Part shown: in pieces, positions 50,280-60,705 of the stretch
Layout: each line of letters opens with the position of its first letter
Numbering within the stretch: position 1 is the first letter of the stretch
From: Candidatus Latescibacterota bacterium
GTDB taxonomy: Bacteria; Krumholzibacteriota; Krumholzibacteriia; WVZY01
Reading direction: 5' to 3'
Assembly (NCBI GenBank): GCA_963791045.1
Contig: CAWBQK010000006.1
Coordinates: 320,001-384,000 of the forward strand
Length of the DNA stretch: 64,000 nucleotides
Made by a program: the position numbers and the translations under genes
Notes under the pieces: generated by a model
The model's input: the letters and a program-made list of their open reading frames with translations, nothing else
Database searches by the model: none
Told to the model about the DNA's origin: nothing

Positions 50280-50831
50280 CTACGCGAGTTTGTTGAGGGC
50301 GGTGGAGTAGGTTTCGTAGTCGGATTCGGAGAAGAGGACGAAGCGGATTTCGTCCAATTGGTTTTCGTGTGCGGCGGCAAAGTCGGCGACAGTTGTCACC
50401 GCGATCGACGCGGCACGGTCGATGGGGAAGCTGTAGGCGCCGGTGCTTATCGACGGGAATGAGATCGTTCGCAGCATGTTGAATAAAGCGATCCGGAGTG
50501 AATTCTTGTAGGCGGATGCGAGCAGCTCGGGTTCACGGCCGTCGCCGCCGCGCCATATCGGACCCACGGTGTGGATCACGTTTCGCGCTTTGAGGTTGCC
50601 GCCGGTTGTGATGACCGCCTCGCCCGTAGCCAGACGGCCGATTTTGGCGACGACCCCTTTGCATTCCTCCAGGATCGCGGGTCCGCCCGTTCTGTGTATC
50701 GCGCCGTCGACGCCACCGCCGCCGAGGAGGGTCGAATTGGCCGCGTTTACGATCGCATCCGTGTCTTGCTGTGTGATGTCACCCTGTATTGTGACCAGCC
50801 GCGTGGCTCCTATAGAGATTTCAGTCCGCAT
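50280..50831 (-). CDS. ymdB: Macrodomain O-acetyl-ADP-ribose deacetylase / ADP-ribosylhydrolase
   Basis: GDITQ, DAIVNAAN, GGGGVDGAIH, HTVGP, FPSISTGAY. Confidence 0.93.
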   Translation of the reverse strand: MRTEISIGATRLVTIQGDITQQDTDAIVNAANSTLLGGGGVDGAIHRTGGPAILEECKGVVAKIGRLATGEAVITTGGNLKARNVIHTVGPIWRGGDGREPELLASAYKNSLRIALFNMLRTISFPSISTGAYSFPIDRAASIAVTTVADFAAAHENQLDEIRFVLFSESDYETYSTALNKLA

Positions 50832-51312
50832 TCTTGTCTCCCGCGTCGCCGTCTCGTTCCGCGAGTCTGAACGCTTCGCGTAGCGCATGTTCCGGATCCT
50901 TGGCGACAATAACATCGGGTGAGGGCGTGTGACTCTTCAGGCTCACAACAGGGACCCCGAGCTGGAGGGCGTACGCGATTTCGGAAAGTGTTCCGGGTCC
51001 GCCGCAGATCGCGATCAGGACACGCGAAGATCGCACGATGATCACATTGCGCGCGATTCCGAGGCCCGTCGCGATCGGAACGCGCACGTAAGGGTTGGCT
51101 GATTCCATCGATTCGCCGGGGAGTATGCCGATCGTGAGTCCGCCTGTTTCGGATGCGCCGCGGCACGCCGCCTCCATCACACCGCCGAGCCCGCCGCAAA
51201 CGAGGGCGTATCCCGCCTGGGCGATACCGCGTCCGATTTCCTGCGCCATTTCGGCGACGGATTCGTCGCACGAACCCGATCCGATGACACCAATAATTTT
51301 CTCAGGACGCAT
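50821..51312 (-). CDS. TIGR00725-family SLOG/LOG-like nucleotide-binding protein
   Basis: IGVIG, VCGGLGGVMEA, IGILPG, ARN, GGPGTLSE. Confidence 0.88.
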   Translation of the reverse strand: MRPEKIIGVIGSGSCDESVAEMAQEIGRGIAQAGYALVCGGLGGVMEAACRGASETGGLTIGILPGESMESANPYVRVPIATGLGIARNVIIVRSSRVLIAICGGPGTLSEIAYALQLGVPVVSLKSHTPSPDVIVAKDPEHALREAFRLAERDGDAGDKNAD

Positions 51313-51335
51313 ATGACACCGCCGTGTTTGTGGGA

Positions 51336-51905
51336 TCAGTTCGGCGTGACCGAGAGATACCCTTCCGATATCGCGCGCGACCCGGCCGCGCTGCTTGTCG
51401 CCAGATCTTCGAGGTCGAGTTCCACCGTGCCGAAGGTCACGACGGCGACGCTTGGGTCGTTGAAGGTGACCGTGAAGGCGCCGCTGCAGGCCACGGATTC
51501 GTAACTGTAATTGCCGGGGTTGATTTCACGGTAAATAAACAAAATCGAACCCGGATCGGACTCGGCCAGAGCCCGGTTCGATGTTCCAAAAAGAGTCGCG
51601 GGTGTCTGATTTTGAACGAAGAAGCCCATCTCGACCTCGTAGATCATACCGCCGATCTCGTAGGTTGCGATGGAACTGTATCGGTCTCCGCCCCCTTGAG
51701 GGATATACACGGTAACCGTATTTTCATTGGATACACACATTTCAACCGGTTCGGGGGTCCCCGATATCTGGGCTGCAAAACCGGACTCTCCCCGGCAAAG
51801 CCTGTCGGCGGGGTCCGTCGGGTCATCCCCATTCCCGCACCCCAAGGCCAAAACTGTTGAAAATACAAGGGTTTGGAGCAAGATTTGCTTAAGATGTGTT
51901 CTCAT
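51336..51905 (-). CDS. Hypothetical lipoprotein
   Basis: Signal peptide ending in lipobox LALG-C; beta-rich mature domain. Confidence 0.7.
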   Translation of the reverse strand: MRTHLKQILLQTLVFSTVLALGCGNGDDPTDPADRLCRGESGFAAQISGTPEPVEMCVSNENTVTVYIPQGGGDRYSSIATYEIGGMIYEVEMGFFVQNQTPATLFGTSNRALAESDPGSILFIYREINPGNYSYESVACSGAFTVTFNDPSVAVVTFGTVELDLEDLATSSAAGSRAISEGYLSVTPN

Positions 51906-52061
51906 GGATTTCCTTTTTGAACAGTTGTAAGATCTTTTGTACAATATAGATTCCGGCTTGTGGGCGCGTCAAGTCGGGGCTTTCCCGCCCTGGCAGAAAT
52001 CGACGTCAGCACATCACAAAATTGACATAAATCAAGTTTTGCGACCGCGGAGGATTATGCG

Positions 52062-53756
52062 ATGCGAATTATGGGTGTCCACGACGGACATAATGCAGCG
52101 GCATGTATTTACGAAGACGGGCGTTTGACGGCGGCTATTCAGGAAGAGCGGCTGCTGCGGGTGAAGAACTGGGCGGGTGTTCCCGAAAAAGCGATCCAGT
52201 CGGTTCTGGAAATCGCGGGACTCACGATGGCGGATATCGATCATGTGGCGTTGAACGGAAATCATATGCCGTACCCGAAGGACCGCCAGGAAATCATGGC
52301 GGAATATCGGCGGTCCGGATCGATGTCGATGTCGGTCAAGAAGTTCCTCCGGCACACGTATCTCAGGACAGCCTACCAGGACAAGAGAAAGCGCGAACGC
52401 GCAGCGGCGCTCACCAAAACCGGAGTGCCGACGGAAAAACTGGTGTTCGTCGATCATCATCTCTGCCATGCGTCCGCGGCGTACTACGGTCTGGGAAATT
52501 ACGACGATGACATTCTCGTTTTGACAAACGACGGCGCGGGCGACGGTCTCTGCGCGACGGTCAATGTCGGCCGCAAGGGCAAGCTCGAACGCATCGCGTC
52601 GGTTCCCGAAGCGGAATCGATCGGTAATATCTATGCGATGGTGACCTTCATCCTCGGAATGGTTCCTCTCGAACACGAGTACAAACTGATGGGTATGGCG
52701 CCCTATGCGCACGTCGAACAGGCGCGGCCCGTATATGAGAGCCTTCGCGCCCTTATGGATTTCGACAAAAGCGATCCATACGTGTGGCACCGCGTCGGCG
52801 ATTGCCCGGAGACCTATTTCTCGTACGACTATCTCACCAAGCTCCTCGAGTTGAAACGCTTTGACGCCGTGTGTGCGGGCCTCCAGAAATTTACCGAAGA
52901 GATGCTCACAACCTGGGTGTCCAACTGTATCCGAGAGACGGGTATTAAGAAACTCGCGCTCGGCGGCGGTGTTTTTATGAACGTTAAGGTCAACCAGGCG
53001 ATAATGGAGCTTCCTGAAGTTGAGTCGATGTTCATCTATCCGTCGTGCGGCGACGAGACGAATACGATGGGCGCCGCTTACTGGACGTACGCCCAGCACG
53101 CCGACGTGAAGACGATGGCCCCGCTCGACAATCTCTATCTGGGATTGACATTTGATGACGACAGCGTCCTCAAGGCATTGAAAGAGACCGACGGCTGCGA
53201 ATGGGAATATTTCGAGGACGTCGAGTCTGAGGTGGCGCGACTTCTCGAAGACGGCCAGGTCGTCGCTCGATTCAAGGGACGCGGCGAGTTCGGCGCCCGC
53301 GCGCTGGGGAACCGGTCGATCGTCGGCGATCCGTGTCGTGACGGCGTCATCCGTGAAATCAATGACATGATCAAGAGCCGTGACTTCTGGATGCCGTTTG
53401 CGCCGTCGATGGTGCCGGAAGCGGCGGAGAAGTATCTGATAAACGACAAGAAGATCGAAGCTCCCTATATGATTCTCGCCTTCGACACGACCGAAGACCG
53501 GGGCGATATGCCCGCGGCGATTCATCCGTACGACTTTACGGCGCGACCCCAGGTCGTCACCAAGAAAATGAACCCGGATTACCACCGGCTGATTCAGGAA
53601 TTCAAAAAGAGAACGGGACGAGGTGTCATTCTCAACACATCGTTCAACCTGCACGGGTTCCCAATCGTCGATTCTCCCGAGGACGCCATCGGCGTGCTAA
53701 AGAACTCAGGACTGCGGTATCTGGCGCTGGGGAATTACATCGTTAGGAAGATCTGA
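52062..53756 (+). CDS. Carbamoyltransferase (NodU/CmcH family)
   Basis: HNAAA, QEERL, HHLCHA, DGAGDG, EYKLMGMAPY, GGVFMN, EFGARALGNRS, PFAP, LNTSFN. Confidence 0.95.
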   Translation: MRIMGVHDGHNAAACIYEDGRLTAAIQEERLLRVKNWAGVPEKAIQSVLEIAGLTMADIDHVALNGNHMPYPKDRQEIMAEYRRSGSMSMSVKKFLRHTYLRTAYQDKRKRERAAALTKTGVPTEKLVFVDHHLCHASAAYYGLGNYDDDILVLTNDGAGDGLCATVNVGRKGKLERIASVPEAESIGNIYAMVTFILGMVPLEHEYKLMGMAPYAHVEQARPVYESLRALMDFDKSDPYVWHRVGDCPETYFSYDYLTKLLELKRFDAVCAGLQKFTEEMLTTWVSNCIRETGIKKLALGGGVFMNVKVNQAIMELPEVESMFIYPSCGDETNTMGAAYWTYAQHADVKTMAPLDNLYLGLTFDDDSVLKALKETDGCEWEYFEDVESEVARLLEDGQVVARFKGRGEFGARALGNRSIVGDPCRDGVIREINDMIKSRDFWMPFAPSMVPEAAEKYLINDKKIEAPYMILAFDTTEDRGDMPAAIHPYDFTARPQVVTKKMNPDYHRLIQEFKKRTGRGVILNTSFNLHGFPIVDSPEDAIGVLKNSGLRYLALGNYIVRKI

Positions 53757-55633
53757 TGTGCGGAATACTCGGGGTCGCGAGCTCCGGGGGAGTCCCGATC
53801 ACGGCCGAGATAATCGAGAGCATGCGGGACACGATGGCACACCGTGGACCGGATGACGCGGGTCTTTACATCGATGGAAATATCGGGCTGGGCCACCGCC
53901 GGTTGAGCATTATCGACATCGAAGGCGGAATCCAGCCGATGGCCACTCCCGACGGCTCGATCCACGTAATCCACAACGGAGAGATCTATAATTTCATGTC
54001 CGTACGCCGCGATCTCGAAGAGAGCGGTGTCGAGTTCAGCACGCGTTCGGATACCGAGGTGGTGCTTCGGGCTTATGAAAAATGGGGCCCCTCGTGTGTT
54101 GAACGGCTTCACGGGATTTTCGCCTTTGGGATATGGGATTCGAGGAAAAAGCGTCTGTTTATAGCGCGCGACCGTTTGGGGATCAAGCCGCTTTACTACG
54201 CCACCGACCCCGATAGATTTATCTTCGCCTCCGAAATCAAAGCTTTTCTGAAACACCCGGACTTCGATCGCACGGTGGACCCGCGCGCCGTCGACCGCTA
54301 TTTTTCGTTTGGGTACATCCCGGCGCCCGACACGATATTCGCAACAGTCAAAAAACTCCTTCCCGCTCATTATCTCATCTGGGAAAACGGCACGATTCGA
54401 ACCGACCGTTACTGGCGGTTCGAGCCGCGCGGGCAGGAGAGCGATAAGACCAATGTTGAGTGGACCGACGAGTTCCGCGATGTATTTCAGAAAGCGGTAT
54501 CGAGGCAAATGATAAGCGATGTTCCCCTCGGCGCGTTTTTGAGCGGCGGCATCGATTCGAGCCTCATCGTATGGATGATGTCCCAGTCGACCGACGAGCC
54601 GGTGAGAACATTTACCATCGGGTTCGGACAAGATGGAATGAGCGAGGCGCCGTACGCGAAAATCGTCGCGGATCGGTTCTCGACGCGGCACGAGGAATTC
54701 GAAGTGACGCCCGAAGCCATCGATATTCTGCCAAAACTCGTATGGCATCTTGACGAACCGTTTGCCGACTCATCCGCTCTTCCCACATATTTTGTCAGCA
54801 AGATTACGCGGGAGCAAGTGACCGTCGCTCTGTCGGGGGACGGAGGGGACGAACTCTTCGCCGGATACACCCGGCACCAGGGTGAGCGGCTCACCCGTGG
54901 GTTCCAGGCGCTTCCGCCGTGGGCGCGGTCGGGGATTGTCGGCGCGTTGAAAAAAGGCGGTCCCCAAAAGCTCAAACGGCTGGAAAACGTGTTGGCCAAC
55001 GCCGAGCTGGATTTTGTGACGCGGTATCGGAACAAAGAGGCTCTCTCGCAGTCGATCGACAGGCTGGGTTTGTACTCCGACAATTTCAGGTCGGATGTTG
55101 GTGATGACGATTCGATCGAACAGCTTCTTGAACTCGCGCGAATTACATCGGATGCGGATTATATTGACCGGTTGACCCAGTTCGATCTCGAATTCTACCT
55201 GCCGAACGACATGTTGACAAAAGTCGACAAGATGAGCATGGCGTCTTCCCTCGAGGTGCGTGTTCCTTTTCTTGACGAAACTGTTCTTGAAATCGCGGCG
55301 AGGATTCCCACGAGATTAAAACTAAGAGGTTTTACGACAAAGTATCTTCTCAGACGTCTTGCCGCCGAAGTTCTCCCTCGTGAAATCACTCAACGGCGAA
55401 AGCAGGGGTTCGGGATTCCGCTCCAGGGGTGGTTCAGGGGCCAGCTGACGAGCTACGCGCGTGAAATGCTCCTCGATACGCGCACACTTTCGCGCGGCTA
55501 TTTTGACCGCCCGGCGCTCGAGACCGTTCTCGATGATCACGAAAACGGCCGATTCGACCACGGGCACCTGATTTACGCGCTTATCTCTTTCGAGTTGTGG
55601 AACCGGGTGTTCATCGATAACGAAGGAGCCTGA
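53756..55633 (+). CDS. asnB: Asparagine synthase-family glutamine amidotransferase
   Basis: MCGI, HRGPDD, RRLSIID, NGEIYN, LSGGIDSS, GDGGDELFAGY. Confidence 0.93.
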   Translation: MCGILGVASSGGVPITAEIIESMRDTMAHRGPDDAGLYIDGNIGLGHRRLSIIDIEGGIQPMATPDGSIHVIHNGEIYNFMSVRRDLEESGVEFSTRSDTEVVLRAYEKWGPSCVERLHGIFAFGIWDSRKKRLFIARDRLGIKPLYYATDPDRFIFASEIKAFLKHPDFDRTVDPRAVDRYFSFGYIPAPDTIFATVKKLLPAHYLIWENGTIRTDRYWRFEPRGQESDKTNVEWTDEFRDVFQKAVSRQMISDVPLGAFLSGGIDSSLIVWMMSQSTDEPVRTFTIGFGQDGMSEAPYAKIVADRFSTRHEEFEVTPEAIDILPKLVWHLDEPFADSSALPTYFVSKITREQVTVALSGDGGDELFAGYTRHQGERLTRGFQALPPWARSGIVGALKKGGPQKLKRLENVLANAELDFVTRYRNKEALSQSIDRLGLYSDNFRSDVGDDDSIEQLLELARITSDADYIDRLTQFDLEFYLPNDMLTKVDKMSMASSLEVRVPFLDETVLEIAARIPTRLKLRGFTTKYLLRRLAAEVLPREITQRRKQGFGIPLQGWFRGQLTSYAREMLLDTRTLSRGYFDRPALETVLDDHENGRFDHGHLIYALISFELWNRVFIDNEGA

Positions 55634-55635
55634 GG

Positions 55636-56622
55636 TTGATCGTCTGCATGGTCACCAACATGTACCCCACCGATGACAATCCCGGCTTCGGCGCATTTGT
55701 CAAATCGCAGATCGATTCGATTGTTGCCGAGGGTCACGAGGTGAGCGTCTTGAAGATCGACGGCCGCTCGTCGGGTTGGAATTATGCGATGGCCGTTGGG
55801 CGGCTCAACCGCATGCTGGCGCGGAACCGGTTCGAGATCGTGCATGCCCACTACGGGCTGAGCGGCGTTGTCGCCGCAATGCAGTACAAGTGTCCCTTCG
55901 TTATTTCGTACTGCGGAGATGACCTTCTCGGAACATCGGACGGCGCGGGCGGGATCACAAAAAAGAGCCGCATGGTTGTCCGGTCGAGCCAATATGTCGC
56001 CCGGCGCGCCGGCGGTATAATCGTGAAGAGCAAACACATGATCGAGAAGATCGAGTCACCCGCGGCGAGAGAGAGAACCGTCGTTATCCCCAACGGTGTT
56101 GATTTCGAGTTGTTTTGTCCGAGGGACATGTTATCGGCGAGAAAAGAACTCGGGTTCGCCGAGGACAAAGGTTACATCCTCTTTCCGGGTATTCCCGATG
56201 AGCCGGTGAAGCGAGTCGATCTGGCGAAGGAAGCCATTGCCATGCTTCGCGAAGACTGCCCCGACGTTGAACTCGTCGCGATGCATCATCAACCGCAGGA
56301 AACGGTTCCGGTGTACATGAACGCATGCGACGCGATGGTTCTCACTTCCGACTCGGAGGGTTCGCCGAACGTAATTAAGGAGGCCATGGCGTGCAACACG
56401 CCGATCGTCACGGTCGACGCGGGGGACGCATGGGACGTTATCGAAGGCACAGACCAGTGTTTCCGCGCGGAGAGGACGCCCGTCGATATTGCGGAAAAAC
56501 TCGATGCGGCGATCAAGGCGGGGACGAGAAGTAACGGACGGGAGCGGATCGGGCATCTCGAACTCTCACAAGTGGCAAAACGGGTAGTGGATGTCTACCA
56601 GACTGTTCTGGACAGGGCATGA
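55636..56622 (+). CDS. GT4 family glycosyltransferase
   Basis: VHAHY, VIPNGVD, K R motif, SEGSPNVIKEAMAC. Confidence 0.9.
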   Translation: MIVCMVTNMYPTDDNPGFGAFVKSQIDSIVAEGHEVSVLKIDGRSSGWNYAMAVGRLNRMLARNRFEIVHAHYGLSGVVAAMQYKCPFVISYCGDDLLGTSDGAGGITKKSRMVVRSSQYVARRAGGIIVKSKHMIEKIESPAARERTVVIPNGVDFELFCPRDMLSARKELGFAEDKGYILFPGIPDEPVKRVDLAKEAIAMLREDCPDVELVAMHHQPQETVPVYMNACDAMVLTSDSEGSPNVIKEAMACNTPIVTVDAGDAWDVIEGTDQCFRAERTPVDIAEKLDAAIKAGTRSNGRERIGHLELSQVAKRVVDVYQTVLDRA

Positions 56623-56642
56623 AGTAACGGAGTTGCTTTCCA

Positions 56643-58511
56643 ATGTGCGGGATTTGCGGACAATACAATTTCGGGTCGGGTGAGCCCGTCGATCGCGAGA
56701 TCATCGAAAAGATGACCGCGAAGCTGGTCCATCGCGGGCCGGATGACGAGGGATTTCACCTGTCGGGATCGCTCGGACTCGGTTTTCGAAGACTTTCGAT
56801 AATCGATCTCGAGGCGGGGCACCAACCCATGTCGGACGAAGAAGGCAACATCTGGGTTGTCCTCAACGGCGAGATCTACAATTTTCCCGAGATCCGGCGT
56901 ATTCTCGAAAATCTCGGATACGTCTTTCGCACACGCGCGGACACCGAGGTTCTCGTCCATGGTTACAAAGAATGGGGGCTCGATGTCCTCGACCGGCTGA
57001 ACGGGATGTTTGGCTTGGCCATATGGGATGAGCGGAAAAGGCTTCTCATGGTCGCCCGCGATCGGATGGGCATCAAGCCCCTGTATTATTCTATCGACAA
57101 CGACACGCTTCTCTTCGGTTCCGAAATCCGCGCAATCCTCGCCGCAAAAATCGGCAAGCCCTCCCCCGACGCCAAAGCGCTCAACATGTTTCTTCAGTAC
57201 AGGTACACGCCATCACCGCTCACCGTTTTCGACGGCATTCGCAAGCTCGCGCCCGGTACGCGGCTGGTTGTCAGAGACGGATCGCCGTCGGTCGAGCGCT
57301 GGTGGAATTTCAAGCCGGAACCGTTTGACCCCATGCCCACCCCTCTGCGCGCGATCGGAGAGTTAGAAGACCTCTACAAGCGAGCCATCGAGAGACAACT
57401 GATAAGCGACGTTCCCGTTGGAGTCCTGCTCAGCGGCGGACTCGATTCGGGTCTCTTGCTTGCGCTCATGAATCTTTACGGGCGGGCCTGGAAGACGTTT
57501 TCGATCGGGTACGGCGCTGATTTCCAGGACGACGAACTCGCGCTCGCCGCCCGGACGGCCGAGATCATGAATGCGCCAAACTACTCGGTTCGCCTCGACA
57601 GGGAGATGTTCGAGGAGAGTATGGCGGCCATTGTCGAATCGCTCGAGGAACCGGTCGCGGCGACATCCGTGATTCCGATGTACCACCTGTGCCGCAAGGC
57701 GCGCGAAGAAGTGAAGGTGGTTCTCGTCGGACAGGGGCCCGATGAGCTATTCGGCGGTTATCTGCGGCATGTGGGCGTTCGATACGGCGCGTACTGGAGG
57801 GCGGTTCCCGCCTGGCTTCGCGGTCCGATCGGCGGCGCGCTCGGCCGGTTGCCCCGGAATGAAACCATCAAACGCGCGCTTTACTCTCTCGATGTTGAAT
57901 CGCGGATGAAGCGATACCAGCAGGTCTTCTCCATTGTCCCGGGCGACTCGATGGAGCGCCTGTTCAAACAAGGCGTGCTCCCGGAAGGGGCGAGCGACGA
58001 GATTCTCGATTGTTGGAGGGATCTCGAACCGCTGATGGAGGATACGGACGAACTTGGCGGGCTTCAGTTCATTGAGATCCGGTCCTCTCTGCCCGACGAG
58101 CTTCTCATGTACGGGGACAAGCTCTCCATGGCGCACGGCCTGGAGGCGCGGGTTCCGTATCTCGACCAGGAGATCGTCCAATATGTGGAGAGACTCTCGG
58201 CCTCGTTCAAGGTTCGGGGCGGTTCGCGGAAGTGGCTCCACCGTGAAGTCGGGAAACGGTTCATGCCCCCCGAAGTTACGGGACGGAGAAAGCTCGGTTT
58301 TGCCTCGCCCGTCGATGACTGGCTTCGCGACTCGGTGGACAGTCAAATGTTGACGTCGCTTTCGGCAAACGGATCGATGATATACGACTATTTACGGCAC
58401 GATGAAGTTCAGCGGCTAATTGCGGATCACCGCGCCGGCCGTTCGAATAATTTCAAGATTCTCTTCAGTATCGTTGTCCTCGAAGAGTGGCTGCGGAAGT
58501 TCGTTGGATAA
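56643..58511 (+). CDS. asnB: Asparagine synthase-family glutamine amidotransferase (second copy)
   Basis: MCGICG, HRGPDD, NGEIYN, LSGGLDS, GQGPDELFGGY. Confidence 0.93.
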   Translation: MCGICGQYNFGSGEPVDREIIEKMTAKLVHRGPDDEGFHLSGSLGLGFRRLSIIDLEAGHQPMSDEEGNIWVVLNGEIYNFPEIRRILENLGYVFRTRADTEVLVHGYKEWGLDVLDRLNGMFGLAIWDERKRLLMVARDRMGIKPLYYSIDNDTLLFGSEIRAILAAKIGKPSPDAKALNMFLQYRYTPSPLTVFDGIRKLAPGTRLVVRDGSPSVERWWNFKPEPFDPMPTPLRAIGELEDLYKRAIERQLISDVPVGVLLSGGLDSGLLLALMNLYGRAWKTFSIGYGADFQDDELALAARTAEIMNAPNYSVRLDREMFEESMAAIVESLEEPVAATSVIPMYHLCRKAREEVKVVLVGQGPDELFGGYLRHVGVRYGAYWRAVPAWLRGPIGGALGRLPRNETIKRALYSLDVESRMKRYQQVFSIVPGDSMERLFKQGVLPEGASDEILDCWRDLEPLMEDTDELGGLQFIEIRSSLPDELLMYGDKLSMAHGLEARVPYLDQEIVQYVERLSASFKVRGGSRKWLHREVGKRFMPPEVTGRRKLGFASPVDDWLRDSVDSQMLTSLSANGSMIYDYLRHDEVQRLIADHRAGRSNNFKILFSIVVLEEWLRKFVG

Positions 58512-58565
58512 CGAGTGGGAAGTTACGGTTGACCGTTACGATTTTGACGGAGTAGTGTACCCGGC

Positions 58566-59618
58566 ATGTATTCAATCTGGATAGATCTCGAGAACGCGCC
58601 GCACGTGCCGTTTTTCAAGCCGTTGATTGTCGGTTTGCAGGAACGCGGGCATAAGACGTATGTCACAGTGCGCGATTTTGGGTACACGCGCGACCTGATC
58701 GAGGCAACGGGCATTCCGTACGATATGATTGGCAAGCACGCTGGAAAAAACTTCGGACGCAAGGTCTTCAGCATCCTGGGGCGTGTGGGTGGTTTGATGC
58801 GTTGGGCGGGCGGCAAGGGGATCGATGTGGCGGTGAGTCACGGATCGCGTTCGCTTGTTCTTGCGGGTGCGGCGCTCCGAATTCCTACCGTCACGATGTA
58901 CGACTACGAGTTCGTGTCGACCTCTATCTTCAATCGGCTTTCTTCCAAAGTCCTTCTGCCCGACATTCTTCCTGACGATCTTCTTGGCAAATTGGGGCTC
59001 GAACCCGGTCGGCTCGCGAAATACCCGGGCTTGAAAGAAGAGGTGTACCTGGGCGATTTCACACCTGACCCCACCGTGTTGAAGGACCTCAATGTTGGAG
59101 CCGACCAGATCGTGGTTGTGGTGCGCCCGCCGGCGACCGTCGCGCACTATCACAACCCGTTGAGCGAAGAGATTGTCCAGAGAATCCTCGATCGCCTTGA
59201 CGGCGTGGAGAACGCCGTCGGGATAATCACACCGAGGACGAAAGAACAGGCCGCGTCGATAAAAGCATCGTTAAAAACCCCGTCGAAATTCAGGGTCCTC
59301 GAAAAACCGGTCAACGGGTTGAATCTCATCGCCCACGCGGACCTGGTGGTCGGCGGCGGGGGAACGATGAACCGCGAAGCGGCGATGCTCGGCGTGCCGG
59401 TTTACAGCGTTTTCACAGGCAGGGTGGGAACCATCGACAAGGCGCTCTCCGAACAAGGAAAGCTCACTCTCGTCCGTTCCCTCGATGATGTTGGCCTGGT
59501 GACATTCGAGAAGCGTGACGTTTCCGACTATGCCGCGCAGGCCTCCGCGCGAAAACAACGAAGCGACGAGCTCGTCGCTTCGATTTGCGCGGAAATCCTC
59601 GAGACGGCGGGGCGCTGA
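58566..59618 (+). CDS. DUF354 family GT-B-fold protein
   Basis: IWIDLENAPHVPFF, IGKHAG, SHGS, DYE, YPGLKE, GGGTMNREAA. Confidence 0.85.
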   Translation: MYSIWIDLENAPHVPFFKPLIVGLQERGHKTYVTVRDFGYTRDLIEATGIPYDMIGKHAGKNFGRKVFSILGRVGGLMRWAGGKGIDVAVSHGSRSLVLAGAALRIPTVTMYDYEFVSTSIFNRLSSKVLLPDILPDDLLGKLGLEPGRLAKYPGLKEEVYLGDFTPDPTVLKDLNVGADQIVVVVRPPATVAHYHNPLSEEIVQRILDRLDGVENAVGIITPRTKEQAASIKASLKTPSKFRVLEKPVNGLNLIAHADLVVGGGGTMNREAAMLGVPVYSVFTGRVGTIDKALSEQGKLTLVRSLDDVGLVTFEKRDVSDYAAQASARKQRSDELVASICAEILETAGR

Positions 59619-59630
59619 GCGCTTCTCCGG

Positions 59631-60704
59631 CTATTTCACAGTCTTTCTGAAATCCCGGAATATAATCAACAAGATCGACCAAAGCGTGTCAAAGGTTCCG
59701 TTGCAGCTGCGAAGCCATCTATCCGCCTGCTCGGCGAACATCGCGTTGTCCGTAAGCTCGTGGAGCTTGCGGAGCATGCGGATGTGGGCCCGGTGATAAA
59801 AGGGGTTGGCAATATTGAAGTGATTCTTGAGCCCCGGGTTGGGGGCGAGGCTGTACAAACTGTACCCGCGCCAATCGAACTTCGGCAGCATGTCGGCGGC
59901 CGCGGTGACCCCCATCTCGAACAGGCGCCCGGCCTCGGACAGACCGGTGTATTTCCAGAAATAATAAATATTGATCAGCGTATGAAAGTGGCCGTTCAAA
60001 ATGTGATGCGGCGGCGACGATACTACCTCTTCAAAAAACAAGCCGCCGCTCGTCGTTCGTGAACCCAATCCGTCTTCTTCCAGCGGTCTGGCAAGAGGGA
60101 CAAATCCTTTTTCGGCGATATCCAGGAAGCGCGCGTCTCCGAATAACCAGTGTGCCCAAAGAAGCGCGTTCATGCAGTAGATCTGAAAGTACGCCGACGA
60201 CCACGGCGCCGTGACCTTGTACTGATAGCCGAGGTCAAAATCGGCGCGCCACAAAACGGCCGTCCGGCCTTCTATGTTCACCTCGGCGGCGGTGGCGGCA
60301 ATATATTCGAACTGCCGGGCGCAGAGGAGCAGATCGTCGCGATTCCCTGTTTCCACATATTTTTTTGCGTGTTTGATGGCAAAGTGAGCGATATTCGCGG
60401 GGATGCGCCGTTTGCCCGCGACACCGCGTTGGCCCACTGCGTCGTAGTCGATAAAATGAATCCCTTCGTCGTCCACATGGGGTGACAGTTTGGTCCAGTC
60501 GACCGTATCGAACGACGGAAATGGATCGTTACGGGCTGGTTCATCCGTTGGCGGCGTCCACGACGAAAACGGGGCGTTCATATCCTCGGCGCACCGCGCA
60601 GTCCATTTCCTGGCGCGCGGAAATGCGGAAATGACCCATGCCAATCCGCCGACGACAACAACTCCGGCGATGACGAGTATCCAATTGAAGATTATGGAAA
60701 TCAT
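59631..60704 (-). CDS. D-glucuronyl C5-epimerase family protein with N-terminal membrane anchor
   Basis: WSSAYFQ, FFEE, HILNGH, YSLYSL, YHRAHI..L..L, W pattern of the C5-epimerase C-terminal domain. Confidence 0.7.
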   Translation of the reverse strand: MISIIFNWILVIAGVVVVGGLAWVISAFPRARKWTARCAEDMNAPFSSWTPPTDEPARNDPFPSFDTVDWTKLSPHVDDEGIHFIDYDAVGQRGVAGKRRIPANIAHFAIKHAKKYVETGNRDDLLLCARQFEYIAATAAEVNIEGRTAVLWRADFDLGYQYKVTAPWSSAYFQIYCMNALLWAHWLFGDARFLDIAEKGFVPLARPLEEDGLGSRTTSGGLFFEEVVSSPPHHILNGHFHTLINIYYFWKYTGLSEAGRLFEMGVTAAADMLPKFDWRGYSLYSLAPNPGLKNHFNIANPFYHRAHIRMLRKLHELTDNAMFAEQADRWLRSCNGTFDTLWSILLIIFRDFRKTVK

Positions 60705-60705
60705 T

